DNA of 60,183 bases, the filler included, from Candidatus Babelota bacterium (lineage in GTDB: Bacteria; JAGOBX01), in NCBI GenBank assembly GCA_017999075.1. It is 6 parts of 6 records of this genome, joined end to end, with 100 filler letters (N's around TTAATTAATTAA, not from the genome) between each part and the next. Parts side by side here need not be neighbours in the genome. Positions count along the whole stretch, not along the records: positions 40,315 to 50,222 come from JAGOBX010000096.1; 5 more parts are not named here. One strand, given 5' to 3'. The translations under genes and the position numbers were made by a program. Under the pieces are notes generated by a model that did not search any database, had not been told where the DNA came from, and saw only the letters and a list, made by a program, of their open reading frames with translations. Shown here piece by piece: positions 40,799 through 50,322 of the stretch. Every line of letters begins with the position of its first letter. Position 1 is the first letter of the stretch.

Positions 40799-42043
40799 CT
40801 AAGAAAATTTTTCTCTAATAGATTTTAAATTTGACGCCATTGATGCAAAAATATTAGCATCAAAAAATTCTTTCTTTTTTATAAAACTATTTGTACCAAA
40901 ATCAGTATTTTCTTTTGCATACAGCAAAAGTCCTATTACCGCAGCATTCTCAGGATTTTCAACAACTTCTTTTCTGCCTTTTACAAATTTAGGTGCACCC
41001 AGCCTTACCGGCATTTTAAGAACAGTTTCTGCGAAACCTGCAATACCTTTAAGTTTACTGCCGCCCCCGGTTAAAATCATTCCAACCGGAATAACATTAT
41101 CAAGTTTCGAATTTATTATATCATACGCTATTATATCAAAAATTTCTCTTGTCCTTGCAGTTATAATATTATTTATTTCGGAAATTTTAACAATTTTTTT
41201 TTGTTTGCTTCCAAGCGCTGCAACTTCTATTTCCTTATCATCAGAATTGCTATACAATAAATTTCCATATTCTCTTTTTATGCGCTCAGCTTCTTTAAAA
41301 GGAATTCTCAAACACACGGATAAATCCCGAGTTATATGAAAACCTCCTAAAATATTAACGCTTGAATGCATAATGCTGCCATTAATATACAAAGCTAAAT
41401 CTATCGTAACATCTCCGATATCAACTAAAATAACTCCCATTTGTTTTTCATCTTGAGTAAGAGTAGCATAAGACGAGGCTACCGAATTAGGAACTAATTC
41501 TTTAACATCATAACCTGCAAAATTAACGCTCCTGATTATATTCTGCGCAGCTGTCAGTGAACTGGTTACCACATGCGCGTTCATCAAAATTTTTTTTCCA
41601 ATCATTCCAATCGGTTTTGAAGGTATATCAGTCTGGTTATCTACAGCATAATTCTGCGGTATCAGATGTATTATTTCTCTATCAGGAAAATTTATACATG
41701 ACTTTGCAGATTCAATTGCATATTGAACATCTATTTCAGTAATTTCATCATTATGTCTCGGTCTGTTATAAATACCGCAAGAATTAAGACTTTTCAAATA
41801 TGCGCCTGATATTCCGACAATAGCGTCTTTCTCACTTATACCTGCAAACTCTTCAGCCCTTGATATTGCATTCCGGATAGACTTAACGATCTTGTCCATA
41901 TGCACAATTATTCCCCGCTGAATGCCTTCAGATGCAGCTGTACCTATTCCAACGACTTCAACTTCAGAATTTTCAATCTTACCTATAGCCGCAGTTATAT
42001 TTTTAGAACCTATATCTACAACCAATAAATATTTTTCTTCCAT
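40799..42043 (-). CDS. ftsA: Cell division protein FtsA
   Basis: VDIGSKNI, GIQRGIIV, PIGMIG, VDIGDVTID, GGFHITRDLS, AERIKREYG, LTGGGS, MPVRLG, amphipathic C-terminal helix. Confidence 0.9.
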   Translation of the reverse strand: MEEKYLLVVDIGSKNITAAIGKIENSEVEVVGIGTAASEGIQRGIIVHMDKIVKSIRNAISRAEEFAGISEKDAIVGISGAYLKSLNSCGIYNRPRHNDEITEIDVQYAIESAKSCINFPDREIIHLIPQNYAVDNQTDIPSKPIGMIGKKILMNAHVVTSSLTAAQNIIRSVNFAGYDVKELVPNSVASSYATLTQDEKQMGVILVDIGDVTIDLALYINGSIMHSSVNILGGFHITRDLSVCLRIPFKEAERIKREYGNLLYSNSDDKEIEVAALGSKQKKIVKISEINNIITARTREIFDIIAYDIINSKLDNVIPVGMILTGGGSKLKGIAGFAETVLKMPVRLGAPKFVKGRKEVVENPENAAVIGLLLYAKENTDFGTNSFIKKKEFFDANIFASMASNLKSIREKFS

Positions 42044-42110
42044 ATTTTTATAATTTGATTTTTAAATTAATTATCTGAAAATAAATCAGACTATATAAAA
42101 CTTCATCATA

Positions 42111-43490
42111 TCAATAAGCGCCTGTTCCTTTTCCTCCGCTTACTATAGCTATACTTGCGCTTGCTCCTACCCGGGTTGCTCCTACTTCAAGAAGATTCTT
42201 AACCTGATTAAAATCACGAACTCCTCCTGATGCTTTTACTCCCATATCAGGGCCTACCACATTCCGCATTAACGCTATATCTGCAAGAGTAGCTCCGCCA
42301 GAAGAAAAACCTGTAGAAGTTTTAACATAATGAGCTCCTGCCTGTTTTGATAATTTGCAAGCTTTAATTTTTTCTTCATCAGTTAATAAAGCTGTTTCTA
42401 TAATAACTTTAACTATGTGATTCTGGGCTGATTTGACCACACTTTTAATGTCCTGCAAAACCGTATCATAGTCACCTGCTTTAAGAGCTCCGATATTTAT
42501 CACCATATCAATTTCATCTGCTCCGTTAGCTACAGCTTCAGACGTTTCAGAAGCTTTTGTAGATATAGTTGTAGCTCCAAGAGGAAATCCTATTACAGTA
42601 CAAACTTTAACTTCAGATCCTTTCAGTAATTCAGAACACAACTTAACCCATCCAGGATTTACGCATACAGAAGCAAAGCTATATTTTCGGGCTTCATCAC
42701 AAAGTTTAACTATCTGATCTTTGGTTACATCAGGTTTTAATAGAGTATGATCTATCAAATTTGCCACTTCAGCAGGTAAATCAACTTTAATACCGAATGA
42801 AGCTCCGATTCTTCCAACTCCGGCATCAACAAGATTTCTATAATCTGCATTTGTTACATTGGGTATTTCCGTTTCATCAGGATAAACTCCAGGAATAATA
42901 CCGCCGATATCCGATATTTTAATTTCTTTTCCGCCCATACGTTTTAATTTTGAAATATATTCCTGTAATGTAGTAGTAGCAGTAGGATTTATGCTTATCA
43001 AATACTTTAAAAAATCAAGTCCTATATAAACAGGTTTTTTACTTACAAAATAATAAATTACCACATCAGTTAAAATACAATCATTTATCATATTGGCTAA
43101 TTTGCTTAATGCATTCAGCGTCAAATTCGGCATTAAAAGCGAAGCATAATTATATAACGCATTATCTTTAATTCCCGTATCTTCAAAAACTTCTGTAATC
43201 CCAGTATTATTGATTACGTTTTCTTTACCTATAACTCTTGAAGCGGTTTTTGACAATAAAACGGCTATTCTCATTTTTTTATTTAACTCTTTTAATCCAT
43301 CATATACTGCCGGCAAATTTTTTTGATTTGAATTTAATACAACTAATATTGAATTATCTCCTGCAGAGGATGTATATTGACTTGAACTTTGATTTACGGC
43401 AATACCGCCGCTTCCAATGCTGTTACCAGTATTTTTTAATTGTTTAATAACCTCTTCAGTAATCTGTCTAACTAATAATGTATTGTCCAC
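42111..43490 (-). CDS. deoC: Deoxyribose-phosphate aldolase fused to an N-terminal encapsulation-peptide-like helix and a flavoprotein-like domain
   Basis: C-terminal [46 protein letters not shown]-terminal [15 protein letters not shown] and [17 protein letters not shown]. Confidence 0.88.
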   Translation of the reverse strand: MDNTLLVRQITEEVIKQLKNTGNSIGSGGIAVNQSSSQYTSSAGDNSILVVLNSNQKNLPAVYDGLKELNKKMRIAVLLSKTASRVIGKENVINNTGITEVFEDTGIKDNALYNYASLLMPNLTLNALSKLANMINDCILTDVVIYYFVSKKPVYIGLDFLKYLISINPTATTTLQEYISKLKRMGGKEIKISDIGGIIPGVYPDETEIPNVTNADYRNLVDAGVGRIGASFGIKVDLPAEVANLIDHTLLKPDVTKDQIVKLCDEARKYSFASVCVNPGWVKLCSELLKGSEVKVCTVIGFPLGATTISTKASETSEAVANGADEIDMVINIGALKAGDYDTVLQDIKSVVKSAQNHIVKVIIETALLTDEEKIKACKLSKQAGAHYVKTSTGFSSGGATLADIALMRNVVGPDMGVKASGGVRDFNQVKNLLEVGATRVGASASIAIVSGGKGTGAY

Positions 43491-43522
43491 TTAGACACCT
43501 CCGCAAAACACCTTTTTTTAAT

Positions 43523-43807
43523 TTATTTAAATGTAAAAACTTTATCTTTATAATATGTAGAATCTATTACTCCTGCTATTACCGCATTAAATGGAACAGG
43601 TCCAAACAATACTCTCGCGCTGCTCCCGTGTCTTATTACAAGAACAGTTTCACCTATTCCTGCTCCTATGGCGTCAACTGCCATAAATTCTGTGGAAGTT
43701 TCAGAACCGTCTCCATTCATAACACGCACAATCATAATTTTGTGACCTATGAACTTTTTATCTTTTACAGTAGCAACAACATTTCCTTTTACTTTACAAA
43801 TCAGCAT
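43523..43807 (-). CDS. EutN/CcmL bacterial microcompartment vertex (BMC-P) protein
   Basis: MLICKVKGNVVATVK, AVDAIGAGIGETVLV, GSSAR, AVIAGVID. Confidence 0.93.
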   Translation of the reverse strand: MLICKVKGNVVATVKDKKFIGHKIMIVRVMNGDGSETSTEFMAVDAIGAGIGETVLVIRHGSSARVLFGPVPFNAVIAGVIDSTYYKDKVFTFK

Positions 43808-43888
43808 AGCGGTATTCTACTATTTTTTTTTTTGAATTGCAAGTTAATTTTTTCTAAATTTTCACTATTTTTTTTTATAAAATTATAA

Positions 43889-43917
43889 TTGACAAATTAA
43901 AATTTTATGGTTAAGAT
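43889..43917 (+). promoter_or_regulatory. Sigma70 promoter upstream of ORF 44080
   Basis: TTGACA 43889-43894, 17 bp, TAAGAT 43912-43917. Confidence 0.5.
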
Positions 43918-43938
43918 TTTTCAAATGTATTACATTAA

Positions 43939-44047
43939 GGAACTATTTTTAAAATAAAGATGTATATTTTTTGGAAAAACTAACTTATTTGCTTATAAAT
44001 ATATAAATTTTGTAAAAAAGACAAAATGTCCATTTTAAAATATTGCC
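43939..44047. mobile_element. MITE-like repeat, copy 3 (degenerate, 109 bp)
   Basis: GGAACTATTTTTAAAAT...AACTTATTTGCTTATAAATATATAAATTTTGTAAAAAAG...CATTTTAAAATATTGCC aligns with copy 1. Confidence 0.55.
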
Positions 44048-44079
44048 ATTATTTTAATTTCGCATTTTAGGTTCGGAGG

Positions 44080-44643
44080 ATGATTTTTATGAATTCAATT
44101 ACTCTTACTCCTGTAGAAATGTCTTTATCCTTGCTAAACATGTTAGAATCAAAAAAACTTATTCAAACCTTAAAACCCACTCAAAAAATATTAAATCTGC
44201 AACCAAACTCAGGAAATTGCGTAGATTTGATCTATTCATCTGACATTCAATTCGGTTCTCATAAATTAATTTGTATAGGTCTTAATTCTTCAACCGTAAA
44301 ACTGAATTCTCATCCTGACAACGAAGAATTTATTTTGTTAAATTCAACAAACCTTATTTTTAAGCCATTATATTTAATAATCGGTTTATTAAAACATGAT
44401 GAGTTTCAAAACAAAATCTATGAAAAAAAATTGTCTGCCGAAGATTTAATTGCAATCAAATTAAAATTCAATGACCCTGTATTATCTATTTTTACAATGC
44501 TGAAACAAACAGTCCACTGCGAAGTAACTGATACTTCAGACAAACAATGTCCTATTTTTTTTGTTACAGAGCCATCGTCTTTAAAACAAAATTTTATAGA
44601 TGCATCTCATTACAAAATCATTCCCATATTTTCCCCATCCTGA
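44080..44643 (+). CDS. Hypothetical protein, possibly cupin-like
   Basis: GGAGG RBS; HPDNEEF and HCEV could be metal ligands. Confidence 0.55.
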   Translation: MIFMNSITLTPVEMSLSLLNMLESKKLIQTLKPTQKILNLQPNSGNCVDLIYSSDIQFGSHKLICIGLNSSTVKLNSHPDNEEFILLNSTNLIFKPLYLIIGLLKHDEFQNKIYEKKLSAEDLIAIKLKFNDPVLSIFTMLKQTVHCEVTDTSDKQCPIFFVTEPSSLKQNFIDASHYKIIPIFSPS

Positions 44644-44744
44644 AAAAAATATTGACTTCAAATAATATTTTTATAATATAATGCATTATCCGTTGCATTG
44701 ATTTGTTTATTTTTTTGTTTTATATTATAAAATTTTTATACTGA

Positions 44745-45323
44745 TTGCTTAATCTTATGGATGATAATAATTTAGCCGATAATTACTTTTGGTATGTTTT
44801 AAATTTATTGTCAGGAAAAGAGGAATATGTTAAATCCTATCTTGAAAGTCAGTTCAACGATACTTTTATAATAAAACTGCCTAAAAAAAAAATGCTTGAA
44901 AGATATAAAAAAAATTATCGGGAAACCTTAAAAGTATTGTTTCCAGGATATATGTTTATTCTAATAGAAAAAAATAAAGATACAATTTCAATAATAAATG
45001 ATATAGAATTGCTTCGTTTTAAAAATATAGGTTTAATAAAAATTCTGAAAGACAGCAATACATTAAAACCTATATCCCTTGAAAAAAAAGATGTTGAAAA
45101 AGTATTATCATGGCTAAACAAAGAAGATTTTGTGGATTATACTATAGGTCTCAAAATAGGCAATGAAGTCAGACTGCTTGAAGGTCCTTTTAAAGATCAA
45201 ATAACAAAAATTGTAAAAATAAACTGGCGAAAGTTCAGAATCAGCGTACAACTTAATTTTTTGGGGCATCAAACTGTTGATTTTCCTTTCACATACATAG
45301 AATCTTTAGAACAAAAAAAATGA
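44745..45323 (+). CDS. NusG-paralog antiterminator (LoaP/UpxY-like); likely start ATG 44757
   Basis: WYVLNLLSGKEE, LFPGYMFI (NGN domain); GNEVRLLEGPFKD (KOW domain). Confidence 0.85.
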   Translation: MLNLMDDNNLADNYFWYVLNLLSGKEEYVKSYLESQFNDTFIIKLPKKKMLERYKKNYRETLKVLFPGYMFILIEKNKDTISIINDIELLRFKNIGLIKILKDSNTLKPISLEKKDVEKVLSWLNKEDFVDYTIGLKIGNEVRLLEGPFKDQITKIVKINWRKFRISVQLNFLGHQTVDFPFTYIESLEQKK

Positions 45324-46408
45324 ATTCTCAAAAAATTTTATTCTATATCAGTTCACATGGATTCGGACATTTTGCAAGAGATATAATTATAATAAACCAT
45401 CTATTGGCTAAAAATGCAGAACTATTCGTTAAATCAGGTATCCCTGAAAATTTTTTTTCAAACAAAATCCCCGAACATTATAAAAATAAATTTCATTATT
45501 TTGAAACTATTACAGACGCAGGATGCACTCAAAAAGATTTTATCAATATAGATATAAAAAAAACATTATTTGAAATGAAAACAGTTTTTGAAAATAATTA
45601 TTTAAAAATTAAATCAGAAATTGATTTTATAAAAAAAAAAAATATTTCAGGCATTATTTCAGACGCTTCTTCTTTTCCATTATTAATTGCAAAAAAATCA
45701 GGAATAAAAAATTGTCTTGTTACAAATTTTACCTGGTTTGACATTTATTCTCATTTTCCGAATAAATTAAAAACAGGTTATAATCATATAATTGACAGTT
45801 TGATGAATGAATACAGTTGTGCGGAAATACAATTTTTCCCCGGAATAATAACTCCTAATAATTATATCCTGAATCAGAAATGTATAGGATTCATATCCGG
45901 TGAAGGAACTGACTGCAGAAATAAAATATATAAAAAATACAACTTAAAAAAGAAAAAAATTTGTTATATTTATTTTGGCGAGCCTGATAAAAGCAAATTT
46001 AATTGGAAAAATTTAAGAGATAATGACGATTATATTTTTATAACTAAAGATTCTATCGAAACAGACGCAAATGTTGATAATTTAATTATAGTTGACGATG
46101 ATTCTATTGGTTACACGGATATGATTGCAAGTTCTGATGCAGTATGTTCCAAGCTGGGATATTCAACCATAGCCTTGTGTCTCCGCCATAAAAAACCTCT
46201 AATATATTGTGAAAGAAAAAACTTCTATGAATTTGATTTTTTAAAAAAATTTATAGATGAAAATAATGCAGGATCGTTTGTCGAAAACAAAGATTTTTAT
46301 AACTGCAGATGGGGGTATCATTTAACAAAATCGCTGCAATTAAAAACAAACTATTCTAAAATATATTTTAACGGCGAAACAAGCATTGCTGATTTTTTTG
46401 AAATTTAA
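45320..46408 (+). CDS. GT-B fold glycosyltransferase-like protein (arabinokinase N-terminus-like)
   Basis: FYISSHGFGH, NFTWFDIY, SDAVCSKLGYST. Confidence 0.75.
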   Translation: MNSQKILFYISSHGFGHFARDIIIINHLLAKNAELFVKSGIPENFFSNKIPEHYKNKFHYFETITDAGCTQKDFINIDIKKTLFEMKTVFENNYLKIKSEIDFIKKKNISGIISDASSFPLLIAKKSGIKNCLVTNFTWFDIYSHFPNKLKTGYNHIIDSLMNEYSCAEIQFFPGIITPNNYILNQKCIGFISGEGTDCRNKIYKKYNLKKKKICYIYFGEPDKSKFNWKNLRDNDDYIFITKDSIETDANVDNLIIVDDDSIGYTDMIASSDAVCSKLGYSTIALCLRHKKPLIYCERKNFYEFDFLKKFIDENNAGSFVENKDFYNCRWGYHLTKSLQLKTNYSKIYFNGETSIADFFEI

Positions 46409-46441
46409 CCTGGAAAAATTAAATTTTTCCAGGTTAAATTT
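46401..46441. terminator. Perfect inverted repeat with 20-bp arms between convergent genes; probable bidirectional terminator
   Basis: AAATTTAACCTGGAAAAATT-A-AATTTTTCCAGGTTAAATTT, overlapping the GT stop codon. Confidence 0.7.
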
Positions 46442-46457
46442 ATTTTGTTTATTTATT

Positions 46458-46616
46458 TTATGCAAGAAATTTTATTATCAGATACATTATAACAAGATAA
46501 AAAATAACAGATAACACTGATTTCAATAATACGTTTTTTTTCACAGAATCATTTTGATTGCTTTGTTTTTTTAACTCGTTTTCCGTATTATTATTTTTTT
46601 TATTTTGAATGTTCAT
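46458..46616 (-). CDS. Small protein (52 aa) with C-terminal TM helix
   Basis: Manual translation MNIQNKKNNN...KSVLSVIFYLVIMYLIIKFLA; AGGAGG RBS 8 nt upstream. Confidence 0.6.
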   Translation of the reverse strand: MNIQNKKNNNTENELKKQSNQNDSVKKNVLLKSVLSVIFYLVIMYLIIKFLA

Positions 46617-46730
46617 AGTTTTTTCCTCCTCAATAAAAATCCGGACAATTTCAAAAATTTTTATTACAATATAGTTTTATTTTTTCAACATTTTAACAGC
46701 CGGACAAAAAATTAAAATATTTAATTTTAT

Positions 46731-46812
46731 GGAATTGTTTCCAGAATATAGTTATATATTTTTTCGCAAAATCAACTTTATTGTTTATAAATATATAAAT
46801 TTTGAAACATTC
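46731..46812. mobile_element. MITE-like repeat, copy 4 (hairpin deleted, 82 bp)
   Basis: GGAATTGTTTCCAGAAT...CAAAATCAACTTTATTGTTTATAAATATATAAATTTTGAAACATTC. Confidence 0.65.
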
Positions 46813-47344
46813 ACATTATGAGGTATTTTATAGGAGGAGACTTATTTCCTGATTTGCCAAAATAAATTGTAGATTCATAAAATATTTTATGCCAAATTTT
46901 AAAAAACAGGAAGCTAAAAATATTTAAAATAGAAAAAAATAAATGAAAAACCAATAAAATCAGACAAAATATATAAAACAAAAATATGTGTTTGACATTC
47001 ACCGCTGATCTTAAAAATAGTAATCCGATTTTTTTATTAATTACTGATATTCTGGCAGGATTAATAAAATACATAAATTTTTTTACAAAATCATTTATAA
47101 TGGCGCATTTGCCGCTTTTATATAAAACAGAATTATTATATAATCGGTTACAAAAATACAATTCAAATTTAGAATCAATATTATTTTCAGAATAACTTGC
47201 TAATGAATAATACAAATATTCTGTAAATTTTATTTTTTTAACATTAAAAAACAGAATAAAAAAACTAATGCTAATGATTATTGCAGAAGAAATATATGTT
47301 TTGTTTTTTACAATATTTTTCATATCAAATTCCAATTCCTGCAA
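46811..47344 (-). CDS. Hypothetical membrane protein downstream of feoB
   Basis: 177-aa ORF only; very AT-biased, could be spurious. Confidence 0.35.
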   Translation of the reverse strand: MQELEFDMKNIVKNKTYISSAIIISISFFILFFNVKKIKFTEYLYYSLASYSENNIDSKFELYFCNRLYNNSVLYKSGKCAIINDFVKKFMYFINPARISVINKKIGLLFLRSAVNVKHIFLFYIFCLILLVFHLFFSILNIFSFLFFKIWHKIFYESTIYFGKSGNKSPPIKYLIM

Positions 47345-49529
47345 TTAAACCTGTCTGATATACTATAAAAGTAATAATGTATGCTAACAATGTCAAAGCT
47401 GCCAATTGAATAATTCCCCATTTAACGCTATTGGTTTCTTTAATTGTTATAGCTATAGTTGATAAGCATGGCGCGGAAATCAGGCAAAACAGCATTATGC
47501 ATAAAGCTGTAAGTTTAGAATATTTTTTTTTCAATATAGCGCCTAAATTGGATTCTGTTCCTGTTTCTCCAATAGAATGAACTATTCCAAGCTGTGTAAC
47601 AAAAACTTCTTTTGCGGCAAGTCCTCCGATTAATGCAATTCCGATTTTCCAATCAAAACCAATAGGTTTTATAATCGGAGCCAATATATATTTGCCTATT
47701 TTCCCGGCGACAGAATATTCTAATTCTATATTTTTAATTTCACCTGAAATAATTTCCTGTTTTCCATTTTCAGAAAAATATTTCTCATTAAAAATATCTA
47801 AATCAGATTTATTTTCATTTAATACGATTTTTTCCTGTTCAATTATTCCTCTATCGATAAGTTTTAAAACAATATAGTTTTTATCCGGTTTAGGATAAGA
47901 AGTTATAACCCATAAAATAATTGACATACCAAGAATTAGTGTACCTGCTTTTTTAAGATACATCATAGCTTTTTCCCACATATGAATAATTACTGAATTT
48001 ACAGTAGGAATTCTGTATGGTGGCAATTCCATAACAAAAGGGCTGGTTTCGCTTTTAAATAAAGTTTTCTTCAAAAGTTTCGCGCTTATTATAGCTATCA
48101 GTATTCCAGTAATATAAATTGACCACATAATTACAGGTTGAAATTTTTCGCTGAAAAAAGCCGGTATTATCAAAGAATATATCGGCAGCCTTGCTCCACA
48201 TGACATTAACGGAAGAACAAGTATTGTTGTAAGCCTGTCTTTATCATTATCCAAACATCTCGTAGCCATTACAGCAGGAACAGTGCATCCAAATCCTGTT
48301 AACATAGGAATAAAAGATTTTCCATGAAGTCCAACCCATTTCATAGTTCTGTCCATTAAAAATGCAGCGCGCGCCATATATCCGGTATCTTCAAGAATTG
48401 CAATTCCAAAAAATAAAATTAAAATGTTAGGTAAAAAAACTACCACGCCGCCGACTCCGCCTATTATTCCATCAATAATAAGAGATTTTAAAGGAGTATC
48501 CGCATTCCCGAAAAAAACTGAAACTTTCTGTGAAATCCAAAACAAACTTATTTCAATCCAGCGCATAGGTTCTTCAGCTAACGTAAACGTCAAATAAAAA
48601 ACAAAATACATTAATGCAAGAAAAATAGGAATACCAAGAACTCTATTTGTAAGAACTTTATCTATTTTTTCAGAAATATCCTTTCTTTTTTCAGCCTTAT
48701 ACGATATTATTTCCTTGCAAATTCCACTTACATATCCAAACCTTTTCTCAGCAATTATTATTTCAGCAGGTTCATTAAAAAGCTGTTCAATACTTTTTCT
48801 GCTTTTCTCAAGAACGAGCATCAATTTAATTTTAAATTGTTCATTACAATCATTAATTTTTGAGATAATATTTGTATCGTTTTCAAGAAGTTTTAATGCA
48901 ACCCAACTCGGAGATACTAAAGACGATAATTCTTTGTTCTGAGCGACAATATCTGCAATTTTTTGTACATGTCCATCTATTTCTTTACCATAAGATATGG
49001 TTAACGTTTTTTCTGCACGATAAGATAAATCCGAAGAAGTTTTTATTATCGATTCAAAAAGTTTATCTATTCCCGAACCTTTATTTCCAACTGTAGAAAT
49101 TACCTGGGTTCCAATTATCTCAGAAAACTTCTGAAAATTAATCGTTATTCCTCTATTCTTAAGTTCGTCAGCCATATTAAGAGCCACAATAATAGGAATA
49201 TTAAGTTCAAGGAGTTGTACAGTTAAATATAAGTTACGTTCAATATTAGAGCCGTCAATAATATTAACAACTAAATCAGGTTTATCAAAGATTATAAAAT
49301 CGCGGGTTACTATTTCTTCTATAGAATAAGCCGTCAATGAATATGTTCCAGGCAAATCAATAACTTTCAATGTAAAGTTATCAATTATTTTAATCCCTTC
49401 TTTTTTTTCTACTGTTACGCCCGGATAATTCGCAACATGCTGCTTTGCTCCAACCATAACATTAAAAATGCTGGTTTTTCCTGTATTCGGATTTCCTGCT
49501 AAAGCTATTTTTATTTCTTTTTTTTCCAT
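47325..49529 (-). CDS. feoB: Ferrous iron transporter B
   Basis: GNPNTGKT, NYPGVTVE, DLPGTYSL, GYMARAAF, GFGCTVPA, FVMELPPY. Confidence 0.97.
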   Translation of the reverse strand: MEKKEIKIALAGNPNTGKTSIFNVMVGAKQHVANYPGVTVEKKEGIKIIDNFTLKVIDLPGTYSLTAYSIEEIVTRDFIIFDKPDLVVNIIDGSNIERNLYLTVQLLELNIPIIVALNMADELKNRGITINFQKFSEIIGTQVISTVGNKGSGIDKLFESIIKTSSDLSYRAEKTLTISYGKEIDGHVQKIADIVAQNKELSSLVSPSWVALKLLENDTNIISKINDCNEQFKIKLMLVLEKSRKSIEQLFNEPAEIIIAEKRFGYVSGICKEIISYKAEKRKDISEKIDKVLTNRVLGIPIFLALMYFVFYLTFTLAEEPMRWIEISLFWISQKVSVFFGNADTPLKSLIIDGIIGGVGGVVVFLPNILILFFGIAILEDTGYMARAAFLMDRTMKWVGLHGKSFIPMLTGFGCTVPAVMATRCLDNDKDRLTTILVLPLMSCGARLPIYSLIIPAFFSEKFQPVIMWSIYITGILIAIISAKLLKKTLFKSETSPFVMELPPYRIPTVNSVIIHMWEKAMMYLKKAGTLILGMSIILWVITSYPKPDKNYIVLKLIDRGIIEQEKIVLNENKSDLDIFNEKYFSENGKQEIISGEIKNIELEYSVAGKIGKYILAPIIKPIGFDWKIGIALIGGLAAKEVFVTQLGIVHSIGETGTESNLGAILKKKYSKLTALCIMLFCLISAPCLSTIAITIKETNSVKWGIIQLAALTLLAYIITFIVYQTGLIAGIGI

Positions 49530-49652
49530 AAAATTGACGGTATAAAATTGTAGATTGTTTTTTAAACCAGAAAATGTTATTGTTTTTTAACTATAACTAT
49601 ATAAAAATATAATAGTAAAAAATTATCAAACAGCCTTAATATAATATATAAT

Positions 49653-49880
49653 TCAGCTTACTTTATCAATAATGATATGTTCTGCCTCGCTTCTTCTTAA
49701 ACTTATATGATAATTTTTTATAACAAATTCTATAGGATCAGCCAATGGCGCGCATTTTTTTCTTTCTATAGTTTCGCCTTTCATAAATCCCATTTCAAGT
49801 AAACGTTTCTTAATTTTTCCATGACATTCGATTTTTTTAATTTTTCCACGTTCATTATCATTCAATTCTACCAATTTCAT
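49653..49880 (-). CDS. feoA: Ferrous iron transport protein A
   Basis: RLLEMGF, APLADPI, LRRSEAEHI. Confidence 0.93.
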   Translation of the reverse strand: MKLVELNDNERGKIKKIECHGKIKKRLLEMGFMKGETIERKKCAPLADPIEFVIKNYHISLRRSEAEHIIIDKVS

Positions 49881-50108
49881 AATAAAATCCTTGAAATACG
49901 TTTATGTACAAAAGGGCTAAATTTTATAATGTTTTTCCAGCTTGTCAAGTTTTTTCAATAATTTCTCGCGACTTTTTTGGATTGCATTTTTATAATATGG
50001 AATTTTACGTTTTACAACTTTTCAATTTTTTATGTAAATATACGTAATTTTACTTTTATCAATATTTTCAATTTTTTTATTTAATTCTAAACAAGTAAAA
50101 CAAACATA

Positions 50109-50138
50109 TTGACAAACAGTATATTTCAGGTATATAAT
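50109..50138 (+). promoter_or_regulatory. Sigma70-like promoter pointing to a gene beyond the contig end
   Basis: TTGACA 50109-50114, 18 bp, TATAAT 50133-50138. Confidence 0.45.
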
Positions 50139-50322
50139 TATTAATTATACTAATTAATTTTCATAATAATTAATTATGATTAAATATATTTCTCTAAAAT
50201 TTACAATGCTGTCACTAATAACNNNNNNNNNNNNNNNNNNNNNNNNNNNNNNNNNNNNNNNNNNNNTTAATTAATTAANNNNNNNNNNNNNNNNNNNNNN
50301 NNNNNNNNNNNNNNNNNNNNNN

